Source: Octopus sinensis (taxonomy: Eukaryota). From it: a DNA stretch of 64,000 nucleotides. The position numbers were made by a program, and so were the translations under genes. Location of the stretch: the NCBI RefSeq assembly GCF_006345805.1, contig NC_043011.1, positions 4,154,001 through 4,218,000 of the forward strand, given 5' to 3'. The notes under the pieces were generated by a model. It saw only the letters and a program-made list of their open reading frames with translations. It was not told the origin of the DNA and searched no databases. Shown piece after piece: positions 60,868-64,000 of the stretch. Numbering within the stretch: the stretch's first letter is position 1; the number at the start of each line of letters is the position of its first letter.

Positions 60868-63800
60868 GCTAAGTATGTATATATATATAATGTATGTATA
60901 TATGTGTGTAATGTATGTCTATGAATGAATGAATAGCACCAATTCTCTAAACCTTAAGCAACATCTGTTCTTTGTTATGTGTATAATGTGGGAGAAAGTA
61001 AATTTTATTTTCGACACACCTGAGCCATTGCTGTCTTTTGACAACTTTAAAAAAAATGGACATTTCCTTTCTCTCCCTGGACAAAATACATACATACGTG
61101 AATGCATGTACACAGATACATGTAGCAGTAATCTCCTAAAATGAATTTAATTGATTTAGCTTTAGTTGGCCCTGAAGTTAATCAATTAAAGGAAATGCAC
61201 ATTTTACTTTGCTTCCTTTATTGTACCAACAGATATTTGTATATAGCATTTGGTTTGCTTCTTTGAGATTTTAGTATTTTGGTTTACTGCTGATGTTGCA
61301 TTTGTTGTTGTCATCATTGTTGTTGTTGTTGTTCTTGGTGGTGGTGGTGGTGGTGGAGTTGTAGCTGTTGTTGCTGCTGCTATTACAGCTGTTGTTATTG
61401 TTAATTAGTGGTTGTTATTTTGTTTCATTAACCTCTTGTATACGTTATATATTTTGGAAACAGAAAGTGAAAAAAATTATAAAACAGATTTTCTTCATTG
61501 ATGCAAATCTTTTTTTTTTCTTTCTTTTTTGTAGAAATGTTTTAAATTTATGATTTGAGTGTTTATCGAGTGTCTAGTTTGCTTTTAATTCTATCAAATC
61601 ATTTGTAAAGAGAGAATTATTTTACTTGGACCATTCAGTTACTAATAGCACAATACTCTGATACATAAAGGGGGTATGGGTCCAAGTTTGATGTAGTGCT
61701 GTTTTTCATTGTTGGTTTTTATATATATTATATCTTTTACTGTAATAAAATACCTATGATGTGAAGATACAATGTTGTAAAGTACATAGTCTTCAGTTCA
61801 AATCTAAGCACAACTGATATATCATGCTTGGGGAAAGGTTTATATATTGACCCAACTTTTCTTAGTTTTTCCCTCACTAACTTCATATTTGATGGGGTAA
61901 AAAATGAAATGGACATCTATCGATGGTAATACCATATAAAACAAGTGTAACATTATATAAACATATAAATATGCAAAACAAATCAGTAGGAAGTACGTGT
62001 CACTCTTAAAAAAAAAAGATGTTACCCTTGCTAAAATCTCCCACCACCAATGAATAAAAACATGTAAAATGTCAATGAGAAAAATTCTGTGCAGTGACTA
62101 AATATTCCTCCTTTACTATTGATATCAAATATTTTTGTTATCCATTAATTTTGATTTCTAAAGTATTATTCTGTAACTTAACTCTGGTTATTGTTAATCT
62201 TCGTCTGTCAATCTTTGCCTAAGTGAAACAAGAATATTGTGATGTTTTCTAGATTACTACCATCCACCCGTTTCACTTATTAGAAGGTGCCAAACTATTA
62301 TTCTGTAATTGTAACATGAAAACAAGTTGGTTTTATTTCCTGTGTTCTTTGGAAAAGTTATCACATGACAATGGTTTGGAAATCAAACTCTATTACTATA
62401 AATATATTTATGTTGTTGAGTTGGATTCTACCCATGTAATTCCTGCTGTTAATAGTTGTATCTGACATCTTACAATATTTGTTACAGATAATAAGAAGCT
62501 ATTCTGTAGATAAGCACAAGCTTAGCCATGTTGTTGAGAAGTTCTGATTTACAACAATGGGGATCTGGGTTTGATCCTGCTGTGCTGCATCTACTGTAGC
62601 CTAAGGGTGATTAATGCTTTGTGAGTAGAATTTCGTTGACCGAAACTGTGTGCATGCATTCATACACAACCCTCACCACCTCACACAAACACACACACAC
62701 ATGCATGCATGCATGCACATATGTTATGTGGTAAATTTGAAGAAGTGTCAGAACACCAGACATTGCCTTGTGGTATTCACTGGCCTATTGTACTCCAAGT
62801 GCAAATACTGATGAGGCCATCTTTGTGTTCCATCCTTTTGTGGTTGAGTTGATAAATACAACACCAGTCATCTGCTGGAATCGTTTCTCTCCTCTTTCTG
62901 TTTGACCTTTTCTCTCTTTCTGGAACACATCAGCTAATAATTAAGCTTGAGATGGATGGGCTCCACCAGGGCTAAATATACCTAAGATAACATTAGAAGT
63001 TCAGATCATATTGTACGATGTACACACACACACACACACACGTGTCTGTGTGTGTGTGTAAAACACAAATGCTTCTAGAAAACAAAAATTAAGAATTGAT
63101 TTAAAAATGTGTATTGTTTTTCTTTTTGTGTCAAAATGCTGAATGACATAATGACGGTGTCAAACCTTACATTAATACTGCAATCATTATGTTGTGACCC
63201 TGAGCAGCTCATAGCTCTACTTTCATCAGTTGACTCTGTCCAATATTACCCCATTGTTAAATGATTACAAGTAGAAAGTATCTAACTGGAAAGTGGCTAA
63301 TCTCCTAAGATATAAGAAACCTTTTTCTTTGATTGATCCCTATTGTCCAAAGGATAAAAATTTAGAAGAGTTTGGAAGTGCTTGAATGACAAGAAGATCT
63401 TATTGCTGTTGCTCAGTTAATTGTAGAAATAAACAGAATGAGATTTTGGCTTGTGTAGTTCAGTTGCTTTGGTCAGCTCTACTGAAGTGGTCGTATGAAA
63501 TTGACATAGTTATTGGAAGAAATAGTGAATTGAAGAGGAAGCCATAGAATTCTGTCTTTTATTGTGGGTTATGCAGTCATGAAAACTCAGTCTTAAAACA
63601 TATGGCTTTCATTTTAAAGACTGCATGGAATTTATTGATGAAGATAACGTAATATACAAATGGCTACAATGGAAAATTCAAGGAACTACATCAATGAATC
63701 TCTCACTCTCTTTCTATCTTTTCTCCTCTCTCCCCCTTCTCTCTCTCTGTCTATCTATCTCTCTATCTGTCTATCTATTTCTTATGTATTTACTGGCATT

Positions 63801-64000
63801 ACCTTACAGTATGGCAAGAAAGTTCTCTGGCTTTCAATGCCATAACATTTGTTCTGTAGCTGGTTCTCCTTCAAAATGACATTGAACTGAAATGTATCAA
63901 ATTTCTAATGCAGAAGAAATATGTATAATGATCAAATTTCAAAACCTTACCAAAACAACCAAAGGTCTAAATGTTTGCCTTCCATAATAGTGAGGCTGTG

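Overview
AT-rich, repeat-saturated eukaryotic DNA with no recognisable intact host gene, so probably intronic or intergenic. The SINE families and TA/CA/ATT/ATC microsatellite load look like an octopus (coleoid cephalopod) genome; this is an inference from pattern recognition, not a database hit. Most ORFs in the supplied track are microsatellite or SINE artefacts. Real coding remnants all come from mobile elements: a Tigger/pogo transposase, three RTE-type LINE pieces, a 3.1-kb Helitron with a PIF1 helicase remnant, three separate Penelope-like (PLE) pieces, a Dong/R4-type LINE end, a mariner-type transposase, an L1/Tx1-type LINE end and a young CR1-type reverse transcriptase. There are also about 40 SINE or LINE-tail copies (working names A-F) and several MITEs. 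The best second-look items are: (1) a core-intact type I hammerhead ribozyme motif at 45431-45506 with a degenerate convergent partner 0.7 kb away; (2) a PLE GIY-YIG remnant bracketed by ~115-bp inverted repeats carrying hammerhead remnants; (3) a Helitron head-to-tail junction; (4) a 2x2 head/tail-swapping tRNA-SINE set; (5) evidence that the (GAT)n-tailed hairpin-array repeat is the 3' UTR of an RTE LINE. Coordinates were read by eye and may be off by a few bases. Family names A-F are mine.
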